A stretch of DNA of 63,480 bases, counting the filler, from Pelomyxa schiedti (Eukaryota > Protista > Evosea): assembly GCA_020536535.1 (NCBI GenBank). It is 10 parts of 10 records of this genome, joined end to end, with 100 filler letters (N's around TTAATTAATTAA, not from the genome) between each part and the next. Parts side by side here need not be neighbours in the genome. Positions count along the whole stretch, not along the records: positions 32,142 to 56,168 come from JAHLWZ010000718.1; 9 more parts are not named here. One strand, 5' to 3'. Made by a program: the position numbers and the translations under genes. The notes under the pieces were generated by a model, which did not search any database, was not told the origin of the DNA, and saw only the letters and a program-made list of their open reading frames with translations. Shown one piece after another: positions 35,582 to 47,334 of this stretch; positions within the stretch are counted from its first letter, which is position 1; each line of letters starts with the position of its first letter.

Positions 35582-36053
35582 TATATGTATGGTCTTGCTT
35601 CACCAGAGAAGAGATTACCCCTTGTGGAATTCCATCAGAAGAAAGAAAGCCTTGGTGGAGGAGGATTTGGGGTGTCAAAGGTGTTGAAATGTGAAGCCAA
35701 TGTCATATTTTGGGACTGTGGATGTGTGTTAGACCTCAAAACCATCATGCCACAACTTCTTATGCACTACCACATACCACAACAGTTTGCCCACAATCAA
35801 AATCAATTTAGGAGAATGATACAATCTGGTCCGGGTGCTGGAAAATTGTACTTTTTTTTTCCAGCACCCGGCTGGTTACCGCCACTTTTTGGGTTTCCTC
35901 AGTCCCAGTGCCTCCTTTTTCACTGGGAACCAAGGGAAACACTGCTCACAGCTCTGTACTACCTTCTCCCCCTGGTTCGACACGATTTTGACACCATCCA
36001 GACCAGATCCAGAATTTTCTTGTGTTTTTTGGGTAGAGTTGGTTTGACCCCCA

Positions 36054-36175
36054 ATTGTGGACCCCACCAATTTGGACCCCGTGGAAAAAGCTCCAAATTG
36101 GCCAAAGCGGGGGTTTTTTCCACATTTGGGACACCACCGTTGTACACAGATTGGGCCCCACTCTGGGCTCCCACC
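36054..36175 (+). repeat. Second, internal copy of the element's right subterminal region, lacking the last about 32 bp including the TIR
   Basis: Matches 53209-53330 with one visible mismatch. Confidence 0.9.
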
Positions 36176-36179
36176 AGAT

Positions 36180-36801
36180 TTAATTTGGAGAGTAGATGAA
36201 TCCATGAGTTGACAGATAACCTCAGCATCGGTGGCACTCTTGAATGCAAGTAATGTCCCATTCTCACATCCACTTCCACTTGCATTGTGTTTGCTTGGGG
36301 ATATTCATTCTTTTTGTCTCCATCCATTCATGGGCAGAATATCACTGGAAGTGGTCTCTAGGATCCACAAATACATGTACACACTACTTGGTTTTGTTCA
36401 CATTTCTAATGGCTTTACGCAGGTCTGTTTGTGATGATTGTGCTTCAAGAAGACTTGGAAAAAGTCTATGGTTCCACAACCCCTGGACTGCAACTTCTAC
36501 ATGAAAATATCATTCTCATTGCATCAGCGAGCCATGGCATCATGACCCGCTCAGAGTCTCACCTCAAAAAAGCCAAGGGAAGAGTTACCATTGTTCAATT
36601 CTATTGTCATCCGGGCACACAGACCCGCAGAAAACATGGATTCTTCATCCACAGCAGTCTTCCCTTCGATCGACAGTGAAGCAGCCTTCAGAGGAACAGA
36701 TCTCAGTCTCTGTTCATGATGTCCTGACCGGCACGTTGATGGCAACAGCGCTTCTTCAGGTTCCTACACCAACACCCTCTGCAACCTCTGACTTATTCTA
36801 A
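36180..36801 (+). pseudogene. Decayed 3' half of a probable family A gene
   Basis: Frameshifted fragments end in VHDVLTGTLMAT, similar to the family A terminal VLDAITG/VDALSG motif. Confidence 0.4.
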
Positions 36802-36829
36802 GCTCCAATGCCCTTGAAGTGAAAAGAGA

Positions 36830-37090
36830 AGAGAAATAGGGATGTGAAGGTGTGTTCTCTTTCTACTCTCCAGTAATGTTGAATGCCCACCTCGTCAAGG
36901 GTGATTCCAAAGGAATCAATGAGCCACTCCATGCAGTTGATTTTCTTTATCCGGAGAAGGCAGAAGAGAAGACTGTTGTGATTCAATTTGATGTGGGCAA
37001 GAATGAATTGCCAAGCATGGCATTTGTGGCCATGTCTCTGGTGAAGAAGGAGCAGTCAAACAAGGTGACCAGCCTTTGCAGTCCAAAATG
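36830..37090 (-). pseudogene. Family B gene fragment
   Basis: NSLLFCLLRIKKINCMEWLIDSFGITLDEV parallels LISRNKCSCAQWFAHKFSVTANDV in the full-length member. Confidence 0.55.
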
Positions 37091-37483
37091 ACCAAATCCC
37101 ATTGGCACAGTTCACTGTCGGTTGTCTCTTTTTAATTCTCTTTATCGTCTGTGCTGTGGAGTGATGGTGACGTCAGTGCTGCTATTGTGTGAGCCCTGAG
37201 ACCAGTCCCAGGTTGGGGTCACCTCAACTGTAATTGGTCTCTGAGTGGGCACCCCACATTTACCTCAGTCGGAGCGTTGATGGAGTAAACACGTGTTGAT
37301 TGAATCATTTCTCCTTCCGAGTAAGATTTTCTCACTACGGGGTAATTTTGTAACAGCCAACGTTGACGTTGCCGTATGACAAGTGAAATCGACTTTGCCA
37401 CGTTGACGTGGATAACTGCAATACCGACCGCGTCCATGATCGCTGGAATGATTTTGGTGCAGTTTTGGACGCCAACAAAAAAA

Positions 37484-39115
37484 ATGACGGCTCTGTTGCA
37501 GGTGGGTGTCTAAAAATATTGATATGTACGAGACACTGTTGTGGTGTTTGTCGTGGTTGCGTTATCGTTCGTGGCTGTGTTACGGCGCTCACCTTGAGGC
37601 TGTAAACAATAATAATAAAACCGCCGAAAAATAAAAATAAAAATAAACCAGCACTTTGGTGCCGGAGTTGTAATTTGTGCAGTTGCATGTGAAGTACTGC
37701 CAGAGATATTGGACCCCGCCTATTCTGACCGTACTTTATCTTTTACCTGCTTTTTTAAAAAAAAATATACAACAACATACAGTTCTGGATTACCTTGGAA
37801 TCATTATTGGCTTCACTGTTGGTATTTCGACCAATAAAAATTACATTTCCACTTCTTAATTTTTGTGAAGGGGTGGTTTCAATGCTTCTAATTGCAAGAT
37901 TAATTCCCGATAAAGCAGCAATCGAAGAAAGGGTTGGCCTGCCCCACCCACCCTTCTGTTGTTTTAAGCAACCTGCACAGACACAGAAAAGGGAAGAGTT
38001 GACGAAATCTGGCAGAGTTATAATCAACGAAATAGTACAAGACCATGCCGCAGCAAAAGAGGTGAAAGACCCTGCAGACTCATCAGATAACAGAAACAGT
38101 GACGAAGCCCAGCCTCTAAAAGACCCGCTTCACAGCTCAGAATCTGGCTGCGAATATGGTAACACATGTGAGGTCTTTTTTTTTAAAAAGTACATTTTCC
38201 TTTGTTGCACAGGAGCCAGGGATAATTCATCAAAGAAGTGCAGCAAAGATGCATGTAAGAGAGTTTGTTGGCAAGTACCATGGGGAATAATTGGTGTGGC
38301 TATTTTTCTTGATTTGTTTTCCCTGAATAACATCTCAATTTTTAGTGCCTGTTGCCACTGGTACCTGATCACTGCCGTGCAATTAAAAGCTTCAATTACC
38401 CTTCTAAAACAGATGCTTGCATGGATGGACTTCTTATTGGAATTACTTTCATTGCCGCCAACGTTATCTCCGGGCTTGTAATGTCTTTGGCTCTGGCAAT
38501 TGAGATGTGTTTCTTGGGAGTATCCACAAGGTATTATTCTATACGCATTGATGCTCCCCACTGAAAGCAATGCACAGCAACCAAATGGCCAAGAATAATC
38601 TCCCACGACGGGTGGCCTTTCCCATCTGCTTTTCCCTCCCCTTCCTTATCATGCTCGCTGGCTATCTGGGGGCAACAATTTTGGCAAGCGTTTCCGGCCC
38701 TGTTTTTGTGGCGGTACTCAGTTTTGGGCTTGCAGGTCTTCTTTCCCTTCACTGGCACCAACCACATGGACCTTACTTCTTCAATTTGCAGCCCTTTTAT
38801 TTCTTGTATCAGATGAGCTTCTTGTTGAAGCTCACAAAGGTATTCTTTTACTTGTACGTCTCCACATTTATGGGCGTTGTGTTTTAGATGAGGAAACAGA
38901 CACCTGGTGGGTCACGATTTTCTTTTTTGTTGGTATGTAGTTTGATGCATTCTGACTCCTCAATATCCGTCCTATCAGGTTTTGGGCTTGTGTCCATTCT
39001 TCAGAAAGCCATTGAATGTAATTTGGGGGTTTCATCATCCTCATCATTATCATCTTCATCCACACCAAGTTCCTCATCCATCTCTTCTTCACTCTCAAGT
39101 ACAAGCACTGAATGA
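37484..39115 (+). CDS. ZIP (ZupT/GufA-like) divalent metal transporter, multi-exon
   Basis: QHFGAGVVICAVACEVLPEI, MDGLLIGITF, LALAIEMCFLG, VLSFGLAGLL/YLVSDELLVEAHK, WWVTIFFFVG, plus several TM helices. Confidence 0.88.
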
Positions 39116-39210
39116 CACCCAAAACATCACACCATCATCCCAGATACCACCAAAAAAAATTATTCTCAAATAAAGAAAAAAGTCAAGTGCATCTATTATC
39201 CACATAAAGA

Positions 39211-39505
39211 TTGTTCGAGAACTGTGCACACTTCTCATGGAAACTTCTTTGTGATAGACCTGCAGACATGGAAGATGATCCTGCACAAATTCCCAAGGAT
39301 AGACGCCGATGTGATTCGCAGGCACTTGATGCGGGTTGCGGTACATTCTCCATCAATTGCCACGTTCACAATGCACAAATTCGGCATCACCATCGAGGAG
39401 GTTCGCCACCAATTTGAGGGATGTGGAGGAGACTTTGAAATGTCAGAACACAGGGCACGGCTCACAACTGAGCTCCGAATGTGGCTTGGCTTGACTGGAG
39501 GGTAA
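39211..39505 (+). pseudogene. Isolated C-terminal fragment of a family B gene; second copy at 44669-44900
   Basis: IDLQTWKMILHKFPRIDADVIRRHLM..A..SP matches VDFVTWKMMLKLFPDIT..(39836-40117). 39211-39441 and 44669-44900 are closely similar direct repeats. Confidence 0.7.
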
Positions 39506-39835
39506 GAAACTGGACATAATAAAGTTGCGGAATTTCTTTCTCTAAACAACTCGTACTTGTGCGACTTATTGTTTCCATGCCTGTCCTCATCTGTTTGCTC
39601 CACTTATGTAAAATCTTAATTGATTAATCAGTAGAAACAAGGCAACGTAATTTGTACCAGTATCGGTCATTATGCATGTGGGTGGAAGTACAAGAAAGCC
39701 TCCAACGTATGAGCCTGTTTTGAATTAAGATTAACCTGAACGCACAAACTTCAACAAGCTCAGTAGAAAAGGGTCTCTGTCAGAAAAATAATTTTCGTGT
39801 TTTGTATTAGTGGTGGGCATTTGGCTATTTTATTT

Positions 39836-42397
39836 TCAAAGGTGGTCAAGCCACCACCTTGTTTGGAAGAGGTCAGGATTCTTGATGTTGCTAACGTGGC
39901 AGCAGAATTCCTTGATGTCATCAAGTGTGATCCTGAGATTGTGGCTGATGGTGACCTGTGCATGCTGTGGGGTGGATGCAATGAGTTGCATGAAGTGCTT
40001 CATGGCAACATCCCTTGTGATATCGGGAAAAAGCTTCAGCATCATCTTCCACGTGACAAAGTCAACTGATGACAATAACCTCTTCCTGTTTTCTACTTCA
40101 GATATCACCTGCACCACAAAGCCTCTTGAGCCAAGATTTTCAAAAATAAAAAAAAGGGGGGGATTCTACACACTGCAGGGAGAAGGAATTTCAGGTTGTG
40201 AAACAGCCACTCTGCGCACCCCCGTTTGTTTTGGGAAAGCATCCAGAGAAAGGTTAGCAGGAGGACTCTTCTGCTCTTTCGAGAACCTCCTGAACTTTTT
40301 TGTGTTGTTGTTGTGCAGACAGAGGAAACAAACCACTTGGTCATTTTGGAGGATCGTGGGTGGTTGTAATCAAAGCAATTCTTCATGTCATCAACTGTGA
40401 AGTCCCCAAAGGACATCACCTCCTGGAACTCATGAAATGATCCAACCTCCACAACCTTTTTCAACAACATTACAAGTACATCGTGGTGCTCAACAGCTGG
40501 TGACAGGGGGAACCTCTTGCAGATAGACACAGCACGACTGATCTTGGTTTTAACTGTGAATTCTCCTTTAACAGAAGCTTTCACCGCACTGAGAACCTCA
40601 GCGGGACTGCAGTCAATGTCACAGTGGCGGGAATGGGTGAGCACCCACTCAAACCAGTCTTCCTGTGTTGGAACGTCACGCCAGAGGAGCTTGGACAGTA
40701 GAACTTGTGGCCTTGCACCTGTTGTGGTAGTTATGTGCTGCTCCAACCACCTTGCAATGCAGTGATTTCGCACTGCCAAAGCTCTGTGCAGTGCTTCAAC
40801 AAGATCACCTGGGGACAGATCCCCACCAACTTTCTGAAACAGCCACTTCAGAAATTCCACACTGTCGTGGCTTCCTGCACATGCCGCCATGAAGTTGTTG
40901 GCTGTTGCTGCAACACCCCTCCCAACCACCCACTTTCCAAATTCGATATCCCCAGTTTCCGCGCATACCCGACGCCAAGGTCCTTCCAGAGTGTCACCAC
41001 TGCAACCATCAGAGAGTGCTGCCCACTGGATGACTTTTGCCTCTCTCCCCAGCACGAGAAGCCTGCTGAAAAATGCAGAACCCTTCAGTGAGAAACGATC
41101 CTTGAGCCACTTGCACACTTCAATTGTCTCATCTGCTGACGACCCTTTGCACAATGCTGCTGAGTCAGCCAAGTCTTGGGGTTCACTGAAGTCCCAGTGT
41201 GGGAAGGTCTCCACAAAGAGCTTCACATCAGACACTCTGCCTTTCATCGGTTGGAACGAGCTCGCCAGTTCCATTCCACTGACCACATCTCCCAAGTCAA
41301 ATGTGTCAACCAGCCACTTGAGGATGTGAAGGTTACCGTTTTGGAAGGCCTTTCTGAGGCACCCGAATAGGACCATTTTGTTGCCTTTATTGATCTCCTT
41401 CACACAGTTAGGCACAAGCCACTTCAACACCTCCAAATGCCCATTTCGGCTCACTTCCTCAATGATGTGGAATAAGCCCCTCTTGCCCCAGAATTCATCA
41501 TACCCAGCACTCCCATTCTTCCCCGCTCTTGACCAATCCAGAATGCTTAAACACCCCAGCTCATCATGTGCGGTCACCCCAATCTGCAAAACGACGCGTT
41601 AATAAACAACAGCAGTTGCAATCTCTTGAGAGAGGAGGGAAAGAGATACACACTGCGCTGTCAGAACTTCTTCTTCCCGTGACTGAATCGCATGTCACGG
41701 AGACACCACCGCTGCTCTGCCACAGTGCCCACGCCTTCGGTGGAGGCGTGTCGGAACCGCCGCCGCCGCCGTCGCTCTCCCAGCACTCGCACCCATTCTC
41801 CACGAACCTCTGAGCCATCCTCAAGTGCCCGGCCGCGCACAGGCCCCCCAGCACCGCCACCTGCTCCTTGCCCTTTCTCCTCCTCCTCCTATCCCTCTCA
41901 ATCTCCATCGTACCATAATCTCCTCCTCCTCCTCCTCCTCCTGTCGTCGATGACAAGCCCGGGAGCGCGGGGGGGGAATTTCCTCCTCGGCTGTTTCTGA
42001 GGATGAGCCACGCGACGCACCGCGGGCTCAGGGCGCCGGCGGCCGCCTCGATGGCTGGGTAGCGCCGCGACGCGCAGTGGCACTTGCTCTGCAGCAGCAG
42101 GGCGGCGCGGGAGGCCAGCGCCACGAGGGGGAACATGGCCTCCGCCGTGGCGAGCACGCACGAGACCGCGGAGGGGGGCGGCAGCCAGTCCGCGGGGTAG
42201 CCGTAGCAGTCGTTGACCTCGACGGGCGGCAGCACCCAGGGCACCACAACGTGCTCCCACACGATCCGGGACATCCCCAAGATGGGAACCCGCGTTGTCG
42301 TTGTTTCTGGACTGGAGTTGTTACTTGGCGACGGCGGTGGTGGTGGGGGAAAAGCGTGGGCTGTGGGGCTCGGCACGATGCCATCACCTTGGTTCAT
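39836..42397 (-). CDS. Orphan family B protein with ankyrin-like helical repeats
   Basis: Three exons (ORFs 41564-42403, 40105-41589, 39836-40117); SRIVWEHVVVPW, AEAMFPLV, repeated GHL..LKWL motifs. Confidence 0.8.
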
Positions 42398-42705
42398 CGT
42401 CAACGTGATGATACCGGATGTGTGTTTTTTTATTTCTCACAGGTAGAATCAAGTGAGAAATTTAATCAATCATAAAAGAGCTATTTTTGGCGTTAATTCA
42501 CAAAGTTACGAGGGGTTACGAGGCTATGAAAGAAGGTGGCATGAAATGGTATCGGTTCCCACTGGACTGTGACCTTGCAATCTCGTATGTTCAAGGTATA
42601 CAGAGGGAAGGATTGTAAAAAGTTGAGAGTTAACACAAATATGTATGAGCTGAATAATCATGATAATATAGACATAATAACAACGAAAACAAGAGTCAAA
42701 ACATG

Positions 42706-43410
42706 TCAGAAAGTGAGTAACATGACAGGAAACGAGGAAAAAGTGCACACTAGATTGGTTTCAGAATTTGGGGTCCGTTTGATAGAGGCATCAGCCCTGA
42801 CAATTCCCCTCCCAATAACAGCTACCAATCCTCGATTGGTTCGTTTCCAGTCCTGGAATGGCTCCCATCCACTTAAGTGGGTTTTTTCACTCTGTGCTGG
42901 TAACATGGATTCCTCAATCCTAATGAAAATCCTAGGCACACCGCATTTCTTCAAGCACTCACTTCAGTGACTGTAAAAATATGAAGTGGAGAGGGCTGGG
43001 TGGAAGTGTGTCCGTGGGTCAGCACAACAGCGAAATGGCGAGTGAGAGCATCATTGTCTGAAACCCCTGGGTTGTCCAGCATGAGCCACCGTCTCCCTTT
43101 TCGCGCCGACCAGCCAAACGAAAAATGAATCCCCAACTGATGCATTACCAACAATGGTCCCGGAGTGCACAACTGCTGCTCTGCAGCCAGTCGGCAACAC
43201 CAAGAGTGTGGGACACACCACAACAACGAACACGGCATCGAGTATCGGGCGTAGACCCTCCTCCTCTTGTGGTTCATGGCCTTGTCGATGTTGCTACCTG
43301 TGAGCACGACGCGCTCCACCCACGGCGACGTGCACAGGGAGGCGCTGCATGCGCCTCAGCGAGGCACGAGCACCCCCTGGAGCAGCGCGCCCTGATGATC
43401 AACGAGGGTC
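42706..43410 (-). pseudogene. Probable decayed gene, possibly family A-like
   Basis: Broken frames 42951-43319 and 42706-42954 with coding-like composition. Confidence 0.25.
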
Positions 43411-45961
43411 GAAAATAGTGATCTACTATTATCAACAAAACAAATCACTCACACTAACATTGGTGTGTGCTTCTGTGGGATGTGTAGTTCGTTGTGTGAC
43501 AGTGAAGCAGAGAACAAGAACTAGATCAATAAAAGATTCTATTATTTGTTCTGTTTGTTTTGATTTGTGGGGATTAGGTCGTGATTCTAAGGTCGGAGTG
43601 TGTCAGGCTTATAAGTACTCGAAAACGACTTGATATCGATCTGAACGATCAGGTAGATTTCCGCGAACTTGATTTCCTAAGCTGCCAGGTCCGAGTGCTT
43701 ACTCAGCAGGTCAGTCTCTCAGTCTCGGCGTTCGCGCTCGTGCTCGCATAGAGTTTGCTTGTGTATTCTACTGAATCCCACATTGTTCTCAGTTGTGGGT
43801 GGTGGGAAAATTTGTCTCTTTTGGATTCAGCAAGCCCAAAGTGTGTACTAGTATGTGTGTGTCTGTAACAGCTGCGGCTCCATTCACCCAATTCGCTTGT
43901 GCCCCATGACCTCTGCAATGCCAGGCAGCTTCTTATGGCTCCGCCGCTGCACCCTTGGCTGAGCTTTGCACCCCTTTTTTCTTTCCCGAAAGTGCCCAGA
44001 TTCCCATACATGGACTACTAACACTACTCCGCTTGTTACTAGCGGGTGCGATGTGAACGTCTGTGGTTTGTTGGGGTGGGGAGGTGAGAGGGGGGGAGGA
44101 GTGCCCCACCACTAGTTAGCACCGAGTGACACACCTTCGTTGTGCTGCGTGTGTGCACCACAGTGGCAGAAGTGCTAAGTGCAGCATAGGAAGCGACGGC
44201 CAAGCAGTAGTGGCATCTTCACTACGCCATCATATTCCCTTTGGGGTATGCACTAAGTACCACTCATTCCATGTACAAGCTCCAACCACTTACGCTGTAT
44301 CCCATTTTCACACACCTCTCCTGAATAATGACCAAAATTGTGTACAAACTACATCAAGGTATCACTTACATTTTTCAGTTTTTGACCAAAACCTTCTGAA
44401 GTGGCAGGCAACAGAGCTCCACACAAACAACTACTGTGGTATCATTTACTTCCTTTTGAGTGCCATTTGGAATTGATAAGGAAATACAGAAAATATTAAT
44501 TCAGGTATTGCCACCAGTTAGTGACTTCCGGGGTAACAATGGCAGTTCAAATACTCCCTGAATGCTTCTTCAATACATGGCACATTCTATTCAGAGTGCC
44601 TTCAAGTGTGGCGCAACCACCGAAATGTATTAGTAACTTCTGACTCCACAACAAATAGGTCATTGATATGTTCGAGAACTGGTTGCACCCTTCTCATGGA
44701 AACTTCTTTGTGATAGACCTGCAGACATGGAAGATGAGCCTGCACAAATTCCAAGGATAGACACTGATGTGCTTCGCAGGCACTTGATGCCCATTGCTGT
44801 CAATTCTCCATCAATTGCAACGTTCACAATGCACAAATTCGGCATCACCATCGAGGAGGTTAGCCACCAGTTTGAGGGATGTGGAGGAGACTTTGAAATG
44901 AAATTGAGAATACATGTATTGTCCGACACAGTGGGCGTTCATCATTGTTGATTTTTCCACACAAATATAAAGACACTACTGTAAACCAACCAATTGGAAG
45001 AGTTACAGGAGAAACTCAAAAGGCTCAGTTCTGGCATATATCCAATGACCTTCTGAATCTTTGGAATACACAGTATTCCAGAAGCTCCATATGCGTTATG
45101 GTGGGTCCCAATGGGCGATTGCTTTGTTCCATAAAAATTGAAGGTAAGAGTGAGATATTCACCTTTAAATCATCTAGGAATTTGTTATCTCTTGCACATC
45201 TTTTTTTGAGCTTCATGCAGTTCCTTTCTCAGGCAAAATTCATGTTGCTGAAATTCATGCCTTAGTAACTAATATATGTTTAAGGTCCCAAAAGTTTTTA
45301 CTTGTCTCTATGTCATTGGATAGTCTTGTACAATCTTTGCAAGCCAAATCTAGATCTGTCAGAGCACGATTGAGAATAATCCCACAACCACAAATAATTC
45401 TCTGTTCCCAAAAGCTGTTAATCTGAGAGTCAATTCAGGCATTATAAATGACACATGTATGCTTCCTCGTTCTCTGTAGGTGACACCAGTGGGCCTACAG
45501 CCACAAAAAAATGAAGCAAAAAACCTGCTGCACATAAGAGAATACTTTTTTTTTGGTGAAAGTAAGCACTGCTGCAAGAATGCACGTTCCACCCAGGAGG
45601 AATCCTTCCATTTGTAGCCGTAATCCCAGCTGGCAACGGTGTGGCCTGGGATATGTGCTGCCTGAAGTGGTCAATTCGACTTTGGGTGTAGAAAAGGTCA
45701 TGCTGCTTCCTTTTCTACACCCAGTACAAGCATATCCCGTGGCAGTTGGTAATAACCGCATCCACAGCACAAAATGGGATTCCGGCATCCTCCAACTGGT
45801 TGCGGAAGTTTGCCCTGAGGGAGAAAGAAATGTTTGGCTGGCTGAGGAGGTGAAAAAAGGGGAGAGGGTTCAACAATACCTGCTCAAATCGTTCTCACTC
45901 GTTATTGGAAGTGAGAAGACGGTCACTTGTCTGAGAGGCTCAAAAAACAACCTCAGATCGT

Positions 45962-46000
45962 CAAAACCAAAACCAAAACCAAAACCAAAACCAAAACCAA
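45962..46000 (+). repeat. (CAAAAC)n microsatellite
   Basis: About six tandem hexamer units. Confidence 0.9.
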
Positions 46001-46522
46001 AAAAAAAGAAAAGAACAACATCACCTTGTTTTTCTGTTTTTCATTTTTGTGGCTTTTTGGGTTTTTTCCTTTATCTTGTCTTTCTTCGTTTTGGTCTTCC
46101 ACTTTTGGAAATGCTTGAGTGAGGCTTGGCTCAGCTCAACCCGACTCAGTTCCTCCAGGATCACAGATGGTAGATTCCCGACAGACACCAGTCTTACCTC
46201 CAACGCGTTTCAGAAAGCCATGTGAGACCATGGCATCGGGTATACACCCAGTTATGGTCTTGGTGATGTGTTTCTTGTCTCAGCAAGTTCAGAAGGCACC
46301 GGCTCTGTGCCACATGTGGCTTTGTCTCCAACCAAGGCATTGTGGATGCCTGTGAATTTGTTGGGGATATCCCAGCACTCCCCCCCCACGTGGAGTTGCG
46401 CTGGTTGCCCTTCGTCAACATCAAGTGTCACTGTGGTTTCCGTTTGGACAATCGGCTCCAAAACTTCAGCTGCCGCCGATGAGACTCGTAGCTCCAAGTT
46501 TTTTGTTGTTACGAAGCCGTAA

Positions 46523-47192
46523 CTTTGGGACTCACACAGGGTTTTTCTGGGTCTGGGTAAAAAAGTTCTGTCCGGTTTTTTTTCTTAGAAAACCTCTGTT
46601 GTGGTGTTGTGGGTGGCTGGTTGAAACAAGGTTGGTTTTGTTATATTTCAACAAGCAAACACCAAGACATTGTTTGCACAAAGAAAAAAAAAAACTTGTT
46701 GTTACCGATGTCCCCTACCACCCAAAGAATCAAGAAAAAACATCTCCTTGGTGAAAACTAATGTTGTATTTACAAGAACAAGTGGACTGTGACCCAAGAG
46801 CAGTCACTCACTTGTTTTTGACCCAAAATACCACATCAAATGCCACATGTCATAGCTGGCACCAGTCTACACCTTATTGCCAATCAAACTAGGCTGTTGT
46901 GCTTCCCCCACAACCTCATTAACCAAGCAGCCTTCACCACTTCCAGCTGATTTTCCAAGAAAAAAACCCGGACCCGGAACCTTTTTTCTTTTTTTTTCTG
47001 GGTCCAGGGTCTTTTTCAAGTAAAAAATTCATTTCTCCCTTACAGCAGACACAGACGCAACCAAACCAGGGGGATATCATCGGCTGTTTTTTGGCCCAGG
47101 TTGCAGCCCAGCACCCAGATTTTTCCCTCCACAGGGCACGGAGAAACTCGCATTTTTCGCCGATTTTGATGTTTTTGGTGTGAGTCCCAAAG
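46523..47192. mobile_element. 670-bp MITE-like element with 15-bp TIRs and a TAA target duplication (PIF/Harbinger-like)
   Basis: CTTTGGGACTCACAC (46523-46537) and GTGTGAGTCCCAAAG (47178-47192) are a perfect inverted repeat; TAA at 46520-46522 and 47193-47195; an additional internal imperfect IR at about 46572-46593 and 46951-46971. Confidence 0.7.
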
Positions 47193-47334
47193 TAACTTGA
47201 AGTGAAGTGAAGAGTTCGTTTGTCGGACAACAGGAAACAGGGATGGACCGGCACTCAGTCGGTGGATTATCTGCCCTCAAAAAACTGTCCTCGTTTCCCA
47301 CTTGTGTAATACGTTGTGTCTTTTTTTCTCCTTT

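Noticed and set aside
44075-44116. GGTGGGG/CCCCACC hairpin followed by CTAGT as a Helitron 3' end
   Set aside because: Large loop, only 1 nt before CTAG, G-rich low-complexity context, and no associated Helitron sequence.
44927-47306. CACAGTGGG ... CCCACTTGTG as Transib/RSS-like termini
   Set aside because: The ends do not match beyond a few bases and there is no target duplication.
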